Assembly (NCBI RefSeq): GCF_963921235.1 | Contig: NC_086107.1 | Location: 108,068,001 to 108,132,000, forward strand | Source: Mobula hypostoma | Lineage: Eukaryota | Length of the DNA stretch: 64,000 nt | Direction of reading: 5' to 3' | Shown here: piece after piece, positions 1 to 12,184 of the stretch | How the letters are laid out: the number at the start of each line of letters is the position of its first letter | Position numbering within the stretch: the stretch's first letter is position 1 | Made by a program: the position numbers and the translations under genes | The notes under the pieces: model-generated | Seen by the model: only the letters and a program-made list of their open reading frames with translations | Database searches by the model: none | Told to the model about the DNA's origin: nothing

Positions 1-1489
1 GCATAGAAAGAGTGGACAATCACTTTTGGAAAAAAGTCTCTGTCTGTCCACTCTATGCCTCTCATACACTTCCATCAAGTCACCTCTCATTCATCTTCAC
101 TCCAGGGAGGTCAAAATTGCCCAGTGCCGGTATTTAACTGATAAGTAGCTGGTCGGGGTTGGGAGCTCACTGGCTCTTCACTGACAACCTCCAGAGAAAG
201 TAGTTGAGGCGGGTATGGTATTTGGATGAGAAGATTGATGGGAAAGGTTATGGGCTCCCACAGGATGGACTAAATAGGGGCAAATTGGAATATTCAAGTG
301 GCCACCTTAATGGGGTAGACGAGTTTCGCCAAGGGGTCTGTTTTTATGCAGTATTCCCTGATGGTCAGATATCACAGTGTTACTCTTTGGCAACTATTTC
401 AATGGTTTCCAGTTGCAGTTAATCCGTCTTTTCCCAACGCTTTCTTGACTGCAGTGTATGCACGGTATTGTCTTTGGTGCATTACAGAAAGTGAGGGGTC
501 AAGTGCCGCTCCAGGGGACCAGATCTGCTGAGAACTCAGGGAGTGCCACACTGCCGAAGGTGCCGCGAGATAGCCTAACTAAACTATTTACTGATTTGTT
601 TGAATTGAGATTAGCCTGGTAAACAGCCCTGAGCTGACACAAAGTTTTAGACAGAATACTTTATGTTTATGTGACTGCAAGTTTGGGTTGCTGATGGATC
701 TGGGTTTATGTGGTGTCAAGTCAGATGGGGACCACACTCAGAGTCTTGTTTTTAAATGAGATACCTAGGTCTCTGTAGTGAGACTGAAGCTGTGTCCTAG
801 AATAAACTTGCCAACTTCTGGGGCACTCAGGTGAATGTTGGAGACGTGTGTAGTATTGCTACTTTGTGCTGAATCTTTCTAATACGGGGCTTAAAGATAA
901 CACTAAACTTCAGACCGAACCCAACAAGTCAGGCAGCATCTATGGAGAGACATGGACAATTGGTGTTTCAGATCGCAACACTTCATCTGGACAGGTTTTT
1001 TGTGTTCCTCGACATTCCAGCTCCTGCAGCCTCTTGTGTCTAAGCCCTAAAACTTTCATGATCTTCGGGATAGACCTTGTTGCTTTTAGTCAAGCATGAG
1101 ACCAATGTGACACCCTCTATCTACAAACAGGACATCCTAGAACAGTCCGCAGGCCTGGCAGCTTGGATCTCCCCCTGCCGGGCCAAGGAGTCCTGGATCT
1201 TGGAAACTGGGGGATGACTGACCTCTTTCACCACTACCCCACCCATCACAACCTGCCTACCATGTTCCCAAAGGGTCTCCTACATCTTAACTCTGGTCCT
1301 CATTCCCCATTTCCAAGGAGCCCATTGCATTCTGTGTCTCCCTATAATTTTGCTTCAATTTTTGGATCCAGGAAAAATTGTAACACCACATTGCTTCCCA
1401 GATTTGAATCTCCCAATAAATAAATGCTTTGGCTTGAAACTTTCCTTATGAAGTTCGTGCATTGACATTTAGCAAACAATTGTAGGATG

Positions 1490-2007
1490 AGTCTAAGAAA
1501 TGATGTGTTGACATTGGAGGGAATCCTGAGAAGGTTCACGAGAATGATTCCAGGAATGAAAGGATTAATGCATGTAGAACAATTGAAGGCTCTAGGCTGG
1601 AGTTTAGCAGAATGAGTAGGGGAGGGAGCAGATCTCATTAAAACCTGTTGAATATTGAAGGGTCCAGATGCAGTGGATGTAGAGAAGATGTTTCCTATAG
1701 TGCGTAGCACTAGATGGCACAGCCTTATAATAGAAGGATGCATCTTTACAACAGAGATGAAGAGGAATTTCTTTAGCCAGAGGGTGGGAAATCTATGGAA
1801 TTCATTGGCATAGATGGCTGTGGGGCTAAGTCATTGGGTATACTTAAAACAGAGGTTGATAGGTTCTTAATTAATCAGGGTGCCAAAAGTTACGGGGTGA
1901 AAGCAGGAGAATGGGGTTGAGAGGGATAATAAATCAGTCATGATGGAATGGTGGAGCAGACTCAATGGGTTGAATGGTCTAATTCTGCTCCTATGTCTTA
2001 TGGTCTT
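1490..2007 (+). mobile_element. CR1-type LINE 3' fragment (degenerate RT C-terminus and 3' UTR)
   Basis: RRFTRMIPGMKGL-type remnant; ends ctaattctgctcctatgtcttatggtct; similar copies throughout the window. Confidence 0.8.
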
Positions 2008-2325
2008 TGGTTCCATGTCTGAAGTTCTGGAGAATTCCAATATTCTCTTTTCTTGTTTCTAAATCTTTCACAAAAAAGTCACAAGACGTGGACATCATTG
2101 GCTATGCCAGCATTTATGGTCCATCCCATGTTCCTTGAACTGAGGAGATAAAACGTGAATCAGACTGCTGAGTCTGGAGTCACACATCTGCCAGACCGGG
2201 AAAAGATGGCAGAGTTCATCCCTAGCAGGACATTAATGACCTGGCACCCCCATCAGACTGGGGAAAGATGGCAGACTTCATCCCTAGCGGGACGTTAGTG
2301 AACTTAATGAGTTTCTGTGACAACT

Positions 2326-2792
2326 CTGGCTACCTTCAGGGTGACGGAACAACACTTTATATTCTATCTGGGTAGCCTCCAAACTAATGGCATAAATATT
2401 GATTTCTCCTTCCGGTAAAAAAAATTCAACCCCCACCCCACCTTCCTCTATTCTCCACTCTGACCTTTCACTTCTCTTCACCTGCCTATTCTTTCCCCTG
2501 GTTCCTCTCCTCCCTCCCTTTCTCCTATGGGTCACTCTCCTCTCCTATCAGATTCCTTCTTTTCCAGCTGTTGACCTTTCCACCCATCTGGCTTCACCTA
2601 TCAACTTCCAGCTAGCCTCCTTCTCCTTCCCCGACTTTTTATTCTGGCGTCCTCCCCCTTCCTCCTCAGACCTGATGAAGGGTCTTGGCCCAAAACATCA
2701 ACTGTTTATTCATTTCCATAGATGCTGAGTTCCTCCAGCATTTTGTGTGTGTTGCTTTGGATTTCCAGCATCTCCAGACTTTCTCATGTCTA
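2326..2792 (+). mobile_element. Penelope-like element 3' fragment (old copy) with degenerate hammerhead at about 2667-2705
   Basis: Encodes EQHFIFYLGSLQTNGINIDFS, like the GIY-YIG C-terminus at 23620-24123; CTGATGAAGGGTCTTGGCCCAAAAC has lost GAAA. Confidence 0.8.
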
Positions 2793-3089
2793 TGCTTGAT
2801 TCAATACTAATACTTGATCCAAATTCCAGATTAATTTAAGAGAGATTCAAGAGATGTTGGTATTTGGCAAAATAAAACAAACTGCTGGAGGAACTCAAAG
2901 AATCGAACAGCATCTGTTGGAGGAAATGAATTGTCCATGTTTTGGATTAAGACCTTGCATCAGAACCTCTGGATTTTGGAAAGAACTTTACTATCTCTTA
3001 ACTTAAATGTATTTTTGAGTCCCAAGCAGCCTTGGAGGGATTTGAACTTGTGTCTCTGTCACAAGTCCAGTAAGGATTAAAGATTAGCT

Positions 3090-4060
3090 TTATTTGTCAC
3101 ATGTAGATCAAAGCATTGAAACACACAGTGAAATGCGTCCAACAGTCCAAATAGGTAGTGAGGGCAGCCCGCAGTGACACAGTGCTTCTGGCATCGACAG
3201 AGCATGTCCACAACTTACTAGCCCTCACTAGCACATACAACTTTGGAACATGGGACGAAATGTGGCCACGGCGAGAATGTATGAACTCCTGACAGTGATG
3301 GGAATTGAACCATGATCGTCCAATCGCTGGGCCTTTTAATATCATGAGCCAAACCCTACCCTCGATCACCGTACCCATTTTGGTAAGCAAGACAGCCATC
3401 CTAACCTATGACCAATCATTTCCCCCAGTCCCCCCCCCAACTCCTCTTGGGAAGCGACCCCATTCGAAACTGCTGACTTGCGGCGACCTACCTGCCTCTG
3501 CAGGGACCAGGTCAGGGTTGGAGACTGCAGCGAGGTCCAGGAACCAGAGGAAGGGATCTTGAGAGGCTGGCTGTTGCTGTCTTGGGCTGTGGGCGAGGGA
3601 GCCACTGGGTGGAAAATCCCGCTGGTAAACTGAAGACAAGAAGAGCCAGAAGGCTCCTGGGGAGGAGTGACTGAGAAAAAGCAACCAAGAGTTAAGCTCG
3701 GACACTTCTCCCCCAGTTCACTGGGAGCAGGGATAATAACCATTAACATTTCCATTTATCAGTCATCTTTAATTAATTAATTTATTGAGATACAGCACGG
3801 AGTAGTTTCTTCAAACCCTGGTGCCCAGCAACACCCCACCCCCAATTTAATACTAGCCTAATCATGGGATAAGTTACAACAACCAATTAACCTACCAATC
3901 GGTAGCTCTTTGGACTGTGGGAGGAAACTGGAGCACCCGGAGGAAACCCACATGGTCACGGGGAGAACGTACAAACTCCTTACAGGCAGTGGCAGGACCT
4001 GAACCCTGGTGGCCGGTATTGTAAAACGCTGCGCTAATCACTACACTACTCTGCTGCCCT
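3090..4060 (-). mobile_element. Two V-SINE (HE1-like) copies flanking the 3492-3670 exon (about 3090-3375 and 3780-4060)
   Basis: V-domain complement gggaggaaactggagcacccggaggaaacccacatggtcacggggagaacgtacaaactcc with a tRNA-like head. Confidence 0.75.
3492..3670 (-). CDS. CACNA1I: Cav3.3 C-tail exon (VTPPQEPSGSSCLQFTSGIFHPVAPSPTAQDSNSQPLKIPSSGSWTSLQSPTLTWSLQRQ)
   Basis: 179 nt; acceptor gctttttctcag, donor CAG|gtaggt; phase 1 to 0; FHP...KI...GSWxSLxSP...LxRQ resembles the recalled Cav3.3 penultimate exon. Confidence 0.85.
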
Positions 4061-4349
4061 TGACCTTAATGTGTGTGAGGTCTCAGGGACCATTACTGGA
4101 CCAATATCAAATGCGAATTAGTGTAGGTTAAGTGAGGGACTGTTGATAAATTGATCAAAATGCCGGTGTAAGGAACATCTCTGTAAGATAGAGAGGGAGA
4201 AGTTTGGAAAGCCGTTCTCAATTATGCATTAAATAACTCAATTTATTTCCTGGAGGCCCTAAGTCCTTCCGAGCTTTGAAATGTATCCGTTTGATTCGTG
4301 CTGCATTTTCATCCCCCTTGTTTGTAACATTCTTTTCCCTTAACACAGT

Positions 4350-5132
4350 GTCGGGAAGTGCATGGTCATGCTCTTTGGCAGAAGGAATAAAGGCATAGAT
4401 TACTTTCTAAATGGGGAGCAAATTCAGAAGTCAGAGGTGCAAAGGGACTGGGGTGTCCTCACGCAGGATTCCCTCCAAAGGGTAACGTGCAGGTTGAGTG
4501 GGTGGTAAGGAAGGCACATGCAATGTTAGCATTCATTTTGAGAGGACTGGGATATAAAAGCATTTATTTATTGAGAGGCATTGTTAAGAACACACTTGGA
4601 CAATTGTGGGCAGTTCTGGGCACCTCATCTAAGAAGGAATGGGCTGACGTTGGAGAGGGTCCAGAGGAGGTTCATGAGAATGATCCCAGGAATGAAAGGG
4701 TTAATGTATGAGGAGAGTTTGATGTACTCACTGGAGTTTGGAAGAATGGGGGGGGGCGCTTTTAGCAACCTACTGAATATTGAATGGCCTAGAGAGAGTG
4801 GAGATGTTTCCCATAGTGGGGGAGTCTACAACCAGAGGACAGGGCCTTGGAATACGTTCATCCCTTTGGAACGGAGGTGAGGAGGAATTTCCTGAGCCAG
4901 GAGGCGGTGACTCTGTGGATTTCATTACAACAGACGGCTGTGCTGCGGAGGCCAAGTCGTTGGGTATATTTAAATCAGAGATTGATAGGTTCTTGATTCG
5001 TAAGGCATTAAAGGTTAAGGGAAGAAGGCAGGAGAGTGGGGTTGAGCGGGTTAATAACTCCGTCATGGTGGAATGGTGTGGCAGTCTTGATGGGCTGAAT
5101 GGCCTAGCTCTGCTTCTGTGTTATGGTCTACA
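4350..5132 (+). mobile_element. CR1-type LINE 3' fragment
   Basis: Frameshifted ORF2 pieces (VRKAHAMLAFI, QFWAPHLRR, ERVQRRFMRMIPGMKGL). Confidence 0.85.
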
Positions 5133-5339
5133 TGGATGCATATGAATCTGAGGGGACATGGAAGTTTGATGAACTAAGGGTGAAATCTGGAAAACATGAT
5201 GGAGCAATCAAACTAAATGTTTCTATTCTCTCAGCTCTGTCTCTTTCTTTGCTACAATGACTTGTTTTCTCTGTTTTGTCAACACTGCAATGGCTTGTTC
5301 TCCCCTGAATCTCACTCACTTGGAAGATCTTACAATACA

Positions 5340-5640
5340 TCACGCTCAAAGCTTGGGAATATCCCAAAACACTCTAAAAGCTATTAAGTCCTTCTGAAAT
5401 GCAGTCTCTTTTGTGACACAGGCACCAAGTGTACAGCAAGTTGTCATAAAAAGGCAGTGAGATAGTTCTCCAGGTGACCTGGTGTTACGATGGCCATTGA
5501 AGGTTATGTGTTGATCTGGAATCCAACATGAACTCCCACTCTTCAAAACAGTGGCTACAGGACATTTTTCACCCATCTGAGAGAACAGATAGTTCCTCAG
5601 TCTAACCATTCATCTGAAAGATAGTAATTCTGACAGCTTT
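5340..5640 (-). mobile_element. Degenerate DeuSINE-like (SacSINE1/AmnSINE1 family) remnant; related remnants at about 27590-27795, 44435-44900 and 58240-58390
   Basis: Resembles the recalled Deu domain (gtgggaatttgctgtgcacaagttgg at 27728; cacagcaagattccataaa at 44877). Confidence 0.5.
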
Positions 5641-5666
5641 ACACACCCTCGGGTCTGCACAAGGAG

Positions 5667-6075
5667 CAAACACAAGAGATTCTGCAGTTGCTGGAAATCC
5701 AGAGCAACACACACGGAACGCCGGAGGAAATGAGCACCGATGGAAGTGAATAAATGGTCGGTGACTTGGGCCGAGATGCTTCACCAGGACCGGAAAAGAA
5801 GGGGGAAGGAGCCGGAATAAGAAGAGGAGCATGAGTGCAAGCTGGCAGGTGACAGGTGAGACCAGGTGAGGGGGAAGGTGGATGACCAGAGTGCGGGGGT
5901 GGGGCGGAGGGGTGAAGTGTGAAGCTGGGACGTGATAGGTAGAGTAGGTACCACTCTAGGTAATAAGCAATGGAACTGATGAACTACTGTCCTTTCCTTT
6001 CCAGTCCTGATAAAGAGTCGCCATACTCCCCCTCCATATTGTTGCCTGACTTGCTTAGTTCTTCCATCTTGTGTG
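5667..6075. mobile_element. Old Penelope-like terminal-repeat fragments in inverted arrangement
   Basis: aaacacaagagattctgcagttgctggaaatccagagcaacacacac start, decayed hammerhead motifs. Confidence 0.65.
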
Positions 6076-6747
6076 TCTTACCCTCCACTATATCTTGTAA
6101 GGAATTTTAAAAATTGCTAGCTGAATAAGGGAACCATGAAACTACAAGATTATAACAAGAACACGTCAGGGAAGGAAATCTACTATCTTTCCTGCTTCAC
6201 GCACACAAAATGCTGGAGGAACCCAGCAGGCCAGGCAGCATCCATGAGAGGAATAAAGAGCTGAGGTTTCGGGCTGAGACCCTTCAACAATTCTGTCGGA
6301 GGACGGTGCCAGAGCAAAGTTTAATCCACGTGGTTTGTGGATTGTGGACTCTAATTCATGTACGATGTGCTTCTAGATTTCCTGGCTGCTCCTATTTTTG
6401 TTGCTAGCTTGAGTGATTTTTAAATCGGGACAGGCTGCAAATAATCAACACTGAGCTGAACTGAATATACCTTTTGATTTTGTGTTTTGTGTCCTGTGTT
6501 TCTGCTCATTTTTTTGTTGCCATTTGCGTGATTTTTCTTGCGTGTGTTGGGGGTTTGATGTATTTTTTTGAACGGGTTCAACCATTTTTCTTTGTTTCGT
6601 GGCTGTCTGGGGGATGGTTATTCTCAGAGCCGTTTTCTGCATACATACTTTGATAACAAATGAACTTTGGAGCTTTATTCCTCTCCATAGATGCTGCCTG
6701 ATCTGCTGAGATCCTCCAGCATTTTGTGCGTGTTGTTTTGGATTTCC

Positions 6748-7165
6748 CTCCTCGAGGACCACAACCCTGTCGTGGTTTGGAGGCTTGTGAGCCTCAATGA
6801 CCTGGCTATGTTGGCTGGAGTCAGGGCTTTATGCTTTGACTCTTGCTAGGGTCACCCATGCCAAAATGGTTAAAGGGTAGAGGCCAGACTAAGAGTGGTC
6901 CACCGGTCCTCCAGGTTCGAGGGTTCAGCTCAGGGCTAACAACCCAGACTGGTAAAACAGAACTGTTAAGGAAACAGCAGTAAAGAATCCTTCTACATCC
7001 ATATGTGATAGTATTCCAGAGTCTCCACCTAGGACTTGCATGACTGATGGGAGTGAAAACCAAGAGGAAGCTTCTGACACGATAGGGGAAGCAGTGAACG
7101 CCACCAGAGATGGCAGATCTTCGTTGCTGCCCTAAATGCCAGCAGCGTCATGGGCATAAGAAGAA
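6748..7165 (+). mobile_element. Non-autonomous RTE-derived retroposon (about 420 bp); second copy at about 26237-26655
   Basis: Two clearly similar copies in the window; 5' ggaccacaaccctgtcgtgg...gtggtccac resembles the recalled RTE/BovB 5' UTR. Confidence 0.6.
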
Positions 7166-7577
7166 AGATTTCTGGATTTCCAGCACCCTCAGAATCTCTT
7201 GTGCTTACCTTTACAGCTTGGCTCCACTTTTTATGTAACTCCTGGCCCACCAATTTGGTTTCAAGCTTAACTGCTCTTTGGATCAAGGACAATGAGGAAT
7301 GGGAAATAAATGCTGGCCAGCAAAGGCCACCCAGCCTAAATGGAAAAATAAAGTATGGCCTGGATTATGAACCCAAGGCCTTTTATCTCAAACAATGGTG
7401 CTCACTTTCTCTCTCTTTCTTCAGCATCTATTGCCAAGTTAAGGGACATTAGCACGGCAGAGGATCTAGAAGAGAGCTGCAAACACGAGGAAATCTGCAG
7501 ATGCTGGAATTTCAAGCAACACACATGAAAGTTGCCGGTGAACGCAGCAGGCCAGGCAGCATCTCTAGGAAGAGGTA

Positions 7578-7615
7578 CAGTCAACGTTTCGGGCCGAGAC
7601 CCTTCGTCAGGATTA
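7578..7615 (-). ncRNA. Minimal type I hammerhead ribozyme motif (GUU cleavage triplet), sense to CACNA1I pre-mRNA
   Basis: taatc CTGACGA A GGGT-CTCG-GCCC GAAAC GTT gactg. Confidence 0.7.
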
Positions 7616-8187
7616 ACTGAAAGAAGAGCTAGTAAGAGATTTGAAAATGGGAGGGGGAGGGGGAGATCCGAAATGATAGGAGAAGACAGGAGGGGGAGGG
7701 ATGGAGCCAAGAGCTGGACAGGTGATTGGCAAAAGGGATACGAGAAGATCATGGGACAGGAGGCCTAGGGAGAAAGAAAAGGGGGAGCGGGGGAAGCCCA
7801 AAGGATGGGCAAGGGGTATAGTGAGAGGGACAGAGGGAGAAAAAGGAGAGGGAGAAAAATAGAATGTGTGTATATAAATAAATAACGGATGGGGTACGAG
7901 GGGGAGGTGGGGCATTAGCGGAAGTTTGAGAAGTCAATGTTCATGCCATCAGGTTGGAGGCTACCCAGACGGAATATAAGGTGTTGTTCCTCCAACCTGA
8001 GTGTGGCTTCATCTTTACAGTAGAGGAGGCCGTGGATAGACATATCAGAATGGGAATGGGACGTGGAATTAAAATGTGTGGCCACTGGGAGATCCTGCTC
8101 TGTCCTCCCCATCCTGTCTTCTCCTATCATTTCGGATCTCCCCCTCCCCCTCCCACTTTCAAACCTCTTATTAGCTCTTCTTTCAGT

Positions 8188-8225
8188 TAGTCCTGACGAA
8201 GGGTCTCGGCCCGAAACGTCGACTG
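8188..8225 (+). ncRNA. Minimal type I hammerhead ribozyme motif (consensus copy)
   Basis: tagtc CTGACGA A GGGT-CTCG-GCCC GAAAC GTC gactg: CUGANGA/GAAA core, stem I tagtc/gactg, stem II GGGU/GCCC, palindromic ACGU stem III, GUC triplet. Confidence 0.8.
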
Positions 8226-9027
8226 TACCTTTTCCTAGAGATGCTGCTTGGCCTGCTGCGTTTACCAGCAATGTTTATGTGTGTTGCTAGAAGAGAACTG
8301 GCAGGGTTGGAGAATTCTAAATGATGAAAAGATTTGCTTTATTTGTCACATGTATGTTAAAGCATACAGTGAAATGCGTTGTCTGCATCAAATCAAATCA
8401 GAGAGGATTGTGCTGGGCAGCCCACAAGTCTCGCCACACTTGCGGCGCCCACAACTCGCTAACCCTTACTCGTACGTCTTTGGAATGTGACAGCACTTGG
8501 AGAAAACCCACGTGGAAATGGGGAGAATGCGCCTGGGGTGGGGGCTGTAAGAGTAACACGCTCGAGAGGTTTGCTCTCTCTTTTCCTTTGTCCCTGGGGC
8601 ACGCTACACAGAACCACAGGGAAGGTATGTTCCGTGCACACTCTTAAATAAATATCTGTTCATTCAATATTTAGTGCTGTAGTTTGTGTCCCTTGCGGGG
8701 ATACATTAATTTTTTACTGTTTGCAAATAAATGATTAATATTCTTACTTGTAGTCACTGTTTTTTGTCTCATTCACCAAGCCCGCAAACCTGCTTCCATG
8801 TTACAGTCATCAGAAGCAGAAAAAAAATTTAATGCACAGCTAAACACAATAGATTTGTGCACAATAAGTTCTTAAAGGCTCGGGTTTTACAGTTCTTTCT
8901 ATGCCTCTCCAGATTTTGATAAAGAAAGGATATTTGGTCAAAGATTTCTGAACACCCCTGCCTGTCCATTGGCTGAATTCAATGTCAGTGCATATGTTTG
9001 TTAGTGTCCACACAATGTTAGTGTCTT

Positions 9028-9460
9028 CAGTAGCGTAGTGGTTAGCACGACGCTTTTCAGTACAGGCGGCCAGGGTTCAATTCCCACTGCTGCCTGTAAG
9101 GAGCTTGTACGTTCTCTCCGTGACCGTGTGGGTTTCCTCTTACAGTCCAAAGGTGTACTGGTTGGTAAGGTAATTGGTCGTCTGTAAATTGTCCCGTGGT
9201 TAGGCTAGGGTTAAATTGGGGGGTTGCTGCGCGGCGTGAAGGCCCAGAAGGGCCTATTCGGCATGGTATCTCAAAACAAATGAAAAATAAATTACACACG
9301 AGCAAACTGGGTTCAATTCCCGCTGCTCTCCGTAAGGAGTTTGTACGTTCTCCCTGTGACCCTGTGGGTTTCTTCCTGGTGCTCCGGTTTCTTCCCACAG
9401 TCCGTACGGGCTAGTAGATTAATTAGTCACAAGAGTGTAACCGGGCAGCAGGGGCTCATC
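9028..9460 (+). mobile_element. Tandem V-SINE copies
   Basis: tRNA-like A/B boxes (tagcgtagtgg, ggttcaattccc) followed by the V domain. Confidence 0.75.
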
Positions 9461-9805
9461 AGCCTTGTTACTTTTGCTTACATTACTCAACGTAAGAAAC
9501 TGCCTTGGGAAATGGCTTTAAACAAGTTCCAACACTGAACCACACATTGATCAGGATTAGTCAAAGTCCGGTGAAAACGGAAGTGCTTAAGGATAGACGT
9601 AGAAGGGGAGAGGGAAGGTTGGAGATAATGTTTAGAGAGAAATACAGGGCCTGTCAGCTGAAGACATGGACACTACTGATCAAATCAAATTGTTAAGTCC
9701 CAGTTGTCAAGTGGAACAGAGAGATAGCACAGGACCAGGACCGGGGACATTGCACACAATAAATACATATATATATATATGTAAAAGCTTGGAATAATGG
9801 CTCAC

Positions 9806-9986
9806 CAGCGATCTGCTCTGTGGGCCCTGACTGTGTCGTGGTAAAAGCTTGGCCCAAAGCCGTATTCTCAGCTTGTGAAGTGTAACTGTTGTTTGGCAGC
9901 GATGCTGTTCTGTAAATCGCTGTTTCCTTCACCGTTAACATATTTGAGCTGTCATTCTCAGCAAGGTCGTGACTATCTGTTCCTTC
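9806..9986 (-). CDS. CACNA1I: Cav3 C-tail exon (EGTDSHDLAENDSSNMLTVKETAIYRTASLPNNSYTSQAENTALGQAFTTTQSGPTEQIA)
   Basis: 181 nt; acceptor ctttacgttaacag, donor G|gtgagc; phase 0 to 1 exactly bridges the flanking exons; LTV...RTxSLPNxSY resembles the Cav3.1/3.2 C-tail motif. Confidence 0.82.
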
Positions 9987-10089
9987 CTGTTAACGTAAAG
10001 CACACACACTAGTGTTTTCTTCTACTGAAGGTGCAAAGTAACTCCAGCGCTTTTAAGGTTGTAAACTGTCTCATTAAACATCACTTCGA

Positions 10090-10735
10090 CAATTAGCATT
10101 CATTTCGAGAGGACTGGAACAATGAAGCAAGGATGTAACGCTGAGGCTTTATAAAGCACTGCAAGGCCTCACTTGGAGTATTGTGAGCGGTTCTGGGCCC
10201 TTTATCTAAGAAAGGATGTACTGACATTGAAGAGGGTTCAAAGGAGGTTCACAACAATGATTCCAGGAATGAAAGGGTTAACATATGAGGGCCAATTGTT
10301 GCTTCGGTCCTGGACTCACTGGAATGCAGAACGAGAGGCGACCTCATTGAAAGCTTTTGAATATTGAAAGGCCTTGATAGAGTGGATGCGGTGTGGATGT
10401 TTTCTATGATGGAGGAGTCTAGGACCAGAGGGCACAGCCTCAGAATAGAGGGACATCCATTTAGAACAGGCAGTGGTGAATCTGTGGAATCCATTGCCGC
10501 AGATGGATGTGGAGGCCAAGTCATTCGGTATGTATAAGGCGGAGGTTAATAGGTTCTCGAAGGGTTACGGGAGAAGGCAGAAGTTGATAGATTCTTGATT
10601 GGTCAGGGCATGAGGGGATATGGGGAAATGGCAGGAGATTGGGCTGAAAGGGAAATGGATCAGCCATGATGAAATGCCACAGCAGACATGATGGGTCAAA
10701 TGGCCTAATTCTGCTCCTATATTTTATAGTCTTAT
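10090..10735 (+). mobile_element. CR1-type LINE 3' fragment
   Basis: EYCERFWALYLRKDVLTLKRVQRRFTTMIPGMKGL. Confidence 0.85.
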
Positions 10736-12184
10736 CATCAAACATCAATTATCTTTACATGCACAAGATGGCTGGAAAGGCAGTTCCAATTTTTTTCCCG
10801 AGCAGGAAGGTGAGAGGCACCTTAATAGGCCACTGCAGTTTCTATATTAAAGCTGACCCCAAAGACTTGATGGGTCCCATGATTCACACCCAGTGATGAT
10901 GAAAGAACAGGAATATATTTCTAAGTTGGGGGGGGGAGGAGAAACAGTAGCGTAGCAGTCAGTGCAATCACCTTACAGCATTAGTGATCACCGAACGAGG
11001 TTCGATCCCTTCTGTTGTCTGAAAGGAGTTAGTGTGCTCTCCCCGTGATCTTGTGGGTTTCCAACAGGAGCTCCAGTTTCCTCCAATGTACAAAAGATGC
11101 ACGGTTAGCATTAAAATGTGCGCATGCTGTGTTGGCACTGGAATCATGGTGACACTTGTGGGCTGCCCCCAGCATAATCTATGCTAATTTGATTTGACAT
11201 GAACAATCCATTTTATGTGTTTATCAAAAGACATAGAAGCAGAATCAGGCTATTCAGCCCATCGAGTTCAATCCACCATTCCATCATGACAGATTCATTA
11301 TCCCTCTCAACCGTATTCTCCCACCTTCTCCCCTGAAAGCCCAGGACCATAATTAGGCCATTCAGCCCACTGATGTATGCTTTAATGTGCATGTTACAAA
11401 TAAAATTAATTTTTAAAGTCTGTGATTTGGATCAAGCAGGTAGTGTTTACATGTACCTTGTCTTTCTTGGGAGTGAAGGATGTTTAAGGTTCAAAGTAAA
11501 TTTATTATCAAAGTATATATATCACCGTGTGCAACCCTGAAATTAATTTTCTACATCTCATGTTCTCAATATTTATTGCTTATTTATTTATTATTATAAT
11601 TTCTTTCTTGGCTGGGAGTTGGAGACTTCTTCCCAGAAATGGAGGGGTTTCCTTGTGGCAATGCAGGAACAGGTGGTTAACACAAAAAAATGATCAAGAA
11701 TACTTAATAAAAGACCACAAATTCAAGACATGGGTTAAAAGTGAGAGGTGAAAAGTTTAAGGAGAACATGAGGGGAATCTTCTACATTCAGAGGGTCGTG
11801 AGAGTGTGGAACGAGCTGCCAGCACAAGCGGTCTATGCGAGCGTGATTTCAACATTTAAGAAAAGTTTGGATAGGTACATGGATGGTCGGGGTATGGAAG
11901 GCCAATAGTGAAATATCCAGAAAGCCACAATACTAAACACCACTTGAATAGTCTGAAGGTTCAGAGCAATTGTGAAATGAGTGTCCTTGTCTATGCCTAT
12001 AGCTCAGGTTTTACCAGCGTGAGCTGAGAAGAAATAAAAACACAATAAATCTCCTCTGTGCTCTTTTCAGTTTAATGGCATCTTTCCAAAACTGAACTCA
12101 ATATTCCAAATGTGGCCTCACCGAAATCTTGTACAAGTAATGAATTGTAGTAATGAATTAACCGACACCAAGAGTATGTAAGAA

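Larger units (their letters stand above)
7480..8286 (-). mobile_element. Penelope-like element, 5'-truncated, with inverted 5' terminal-repeat segment (about 8100-8286)
   Basis: GIY-YIG C-terminus DLPVATHFNSTSHSHSDMSIHGLLYC...NIDFSNFR; TSD ctagaagaga(g/a)ctg at 7466-7479 and 8287-8300. Confidence 0.9.

Noticed and set aside
2192..2303. Direct repeat of about 50 bp (gggaaagatggcaga.ttcatccctagc.ggac.tta.tga)
   Set aside because: Small local duplication within an old repeat; no evidence of function
1..3491. Terminal CACNA1I exon, e.g. the GC-rich patch at about 1140-1330
   Set aside because: No long open minus-strand frame or recognisable motif; likely outside the window
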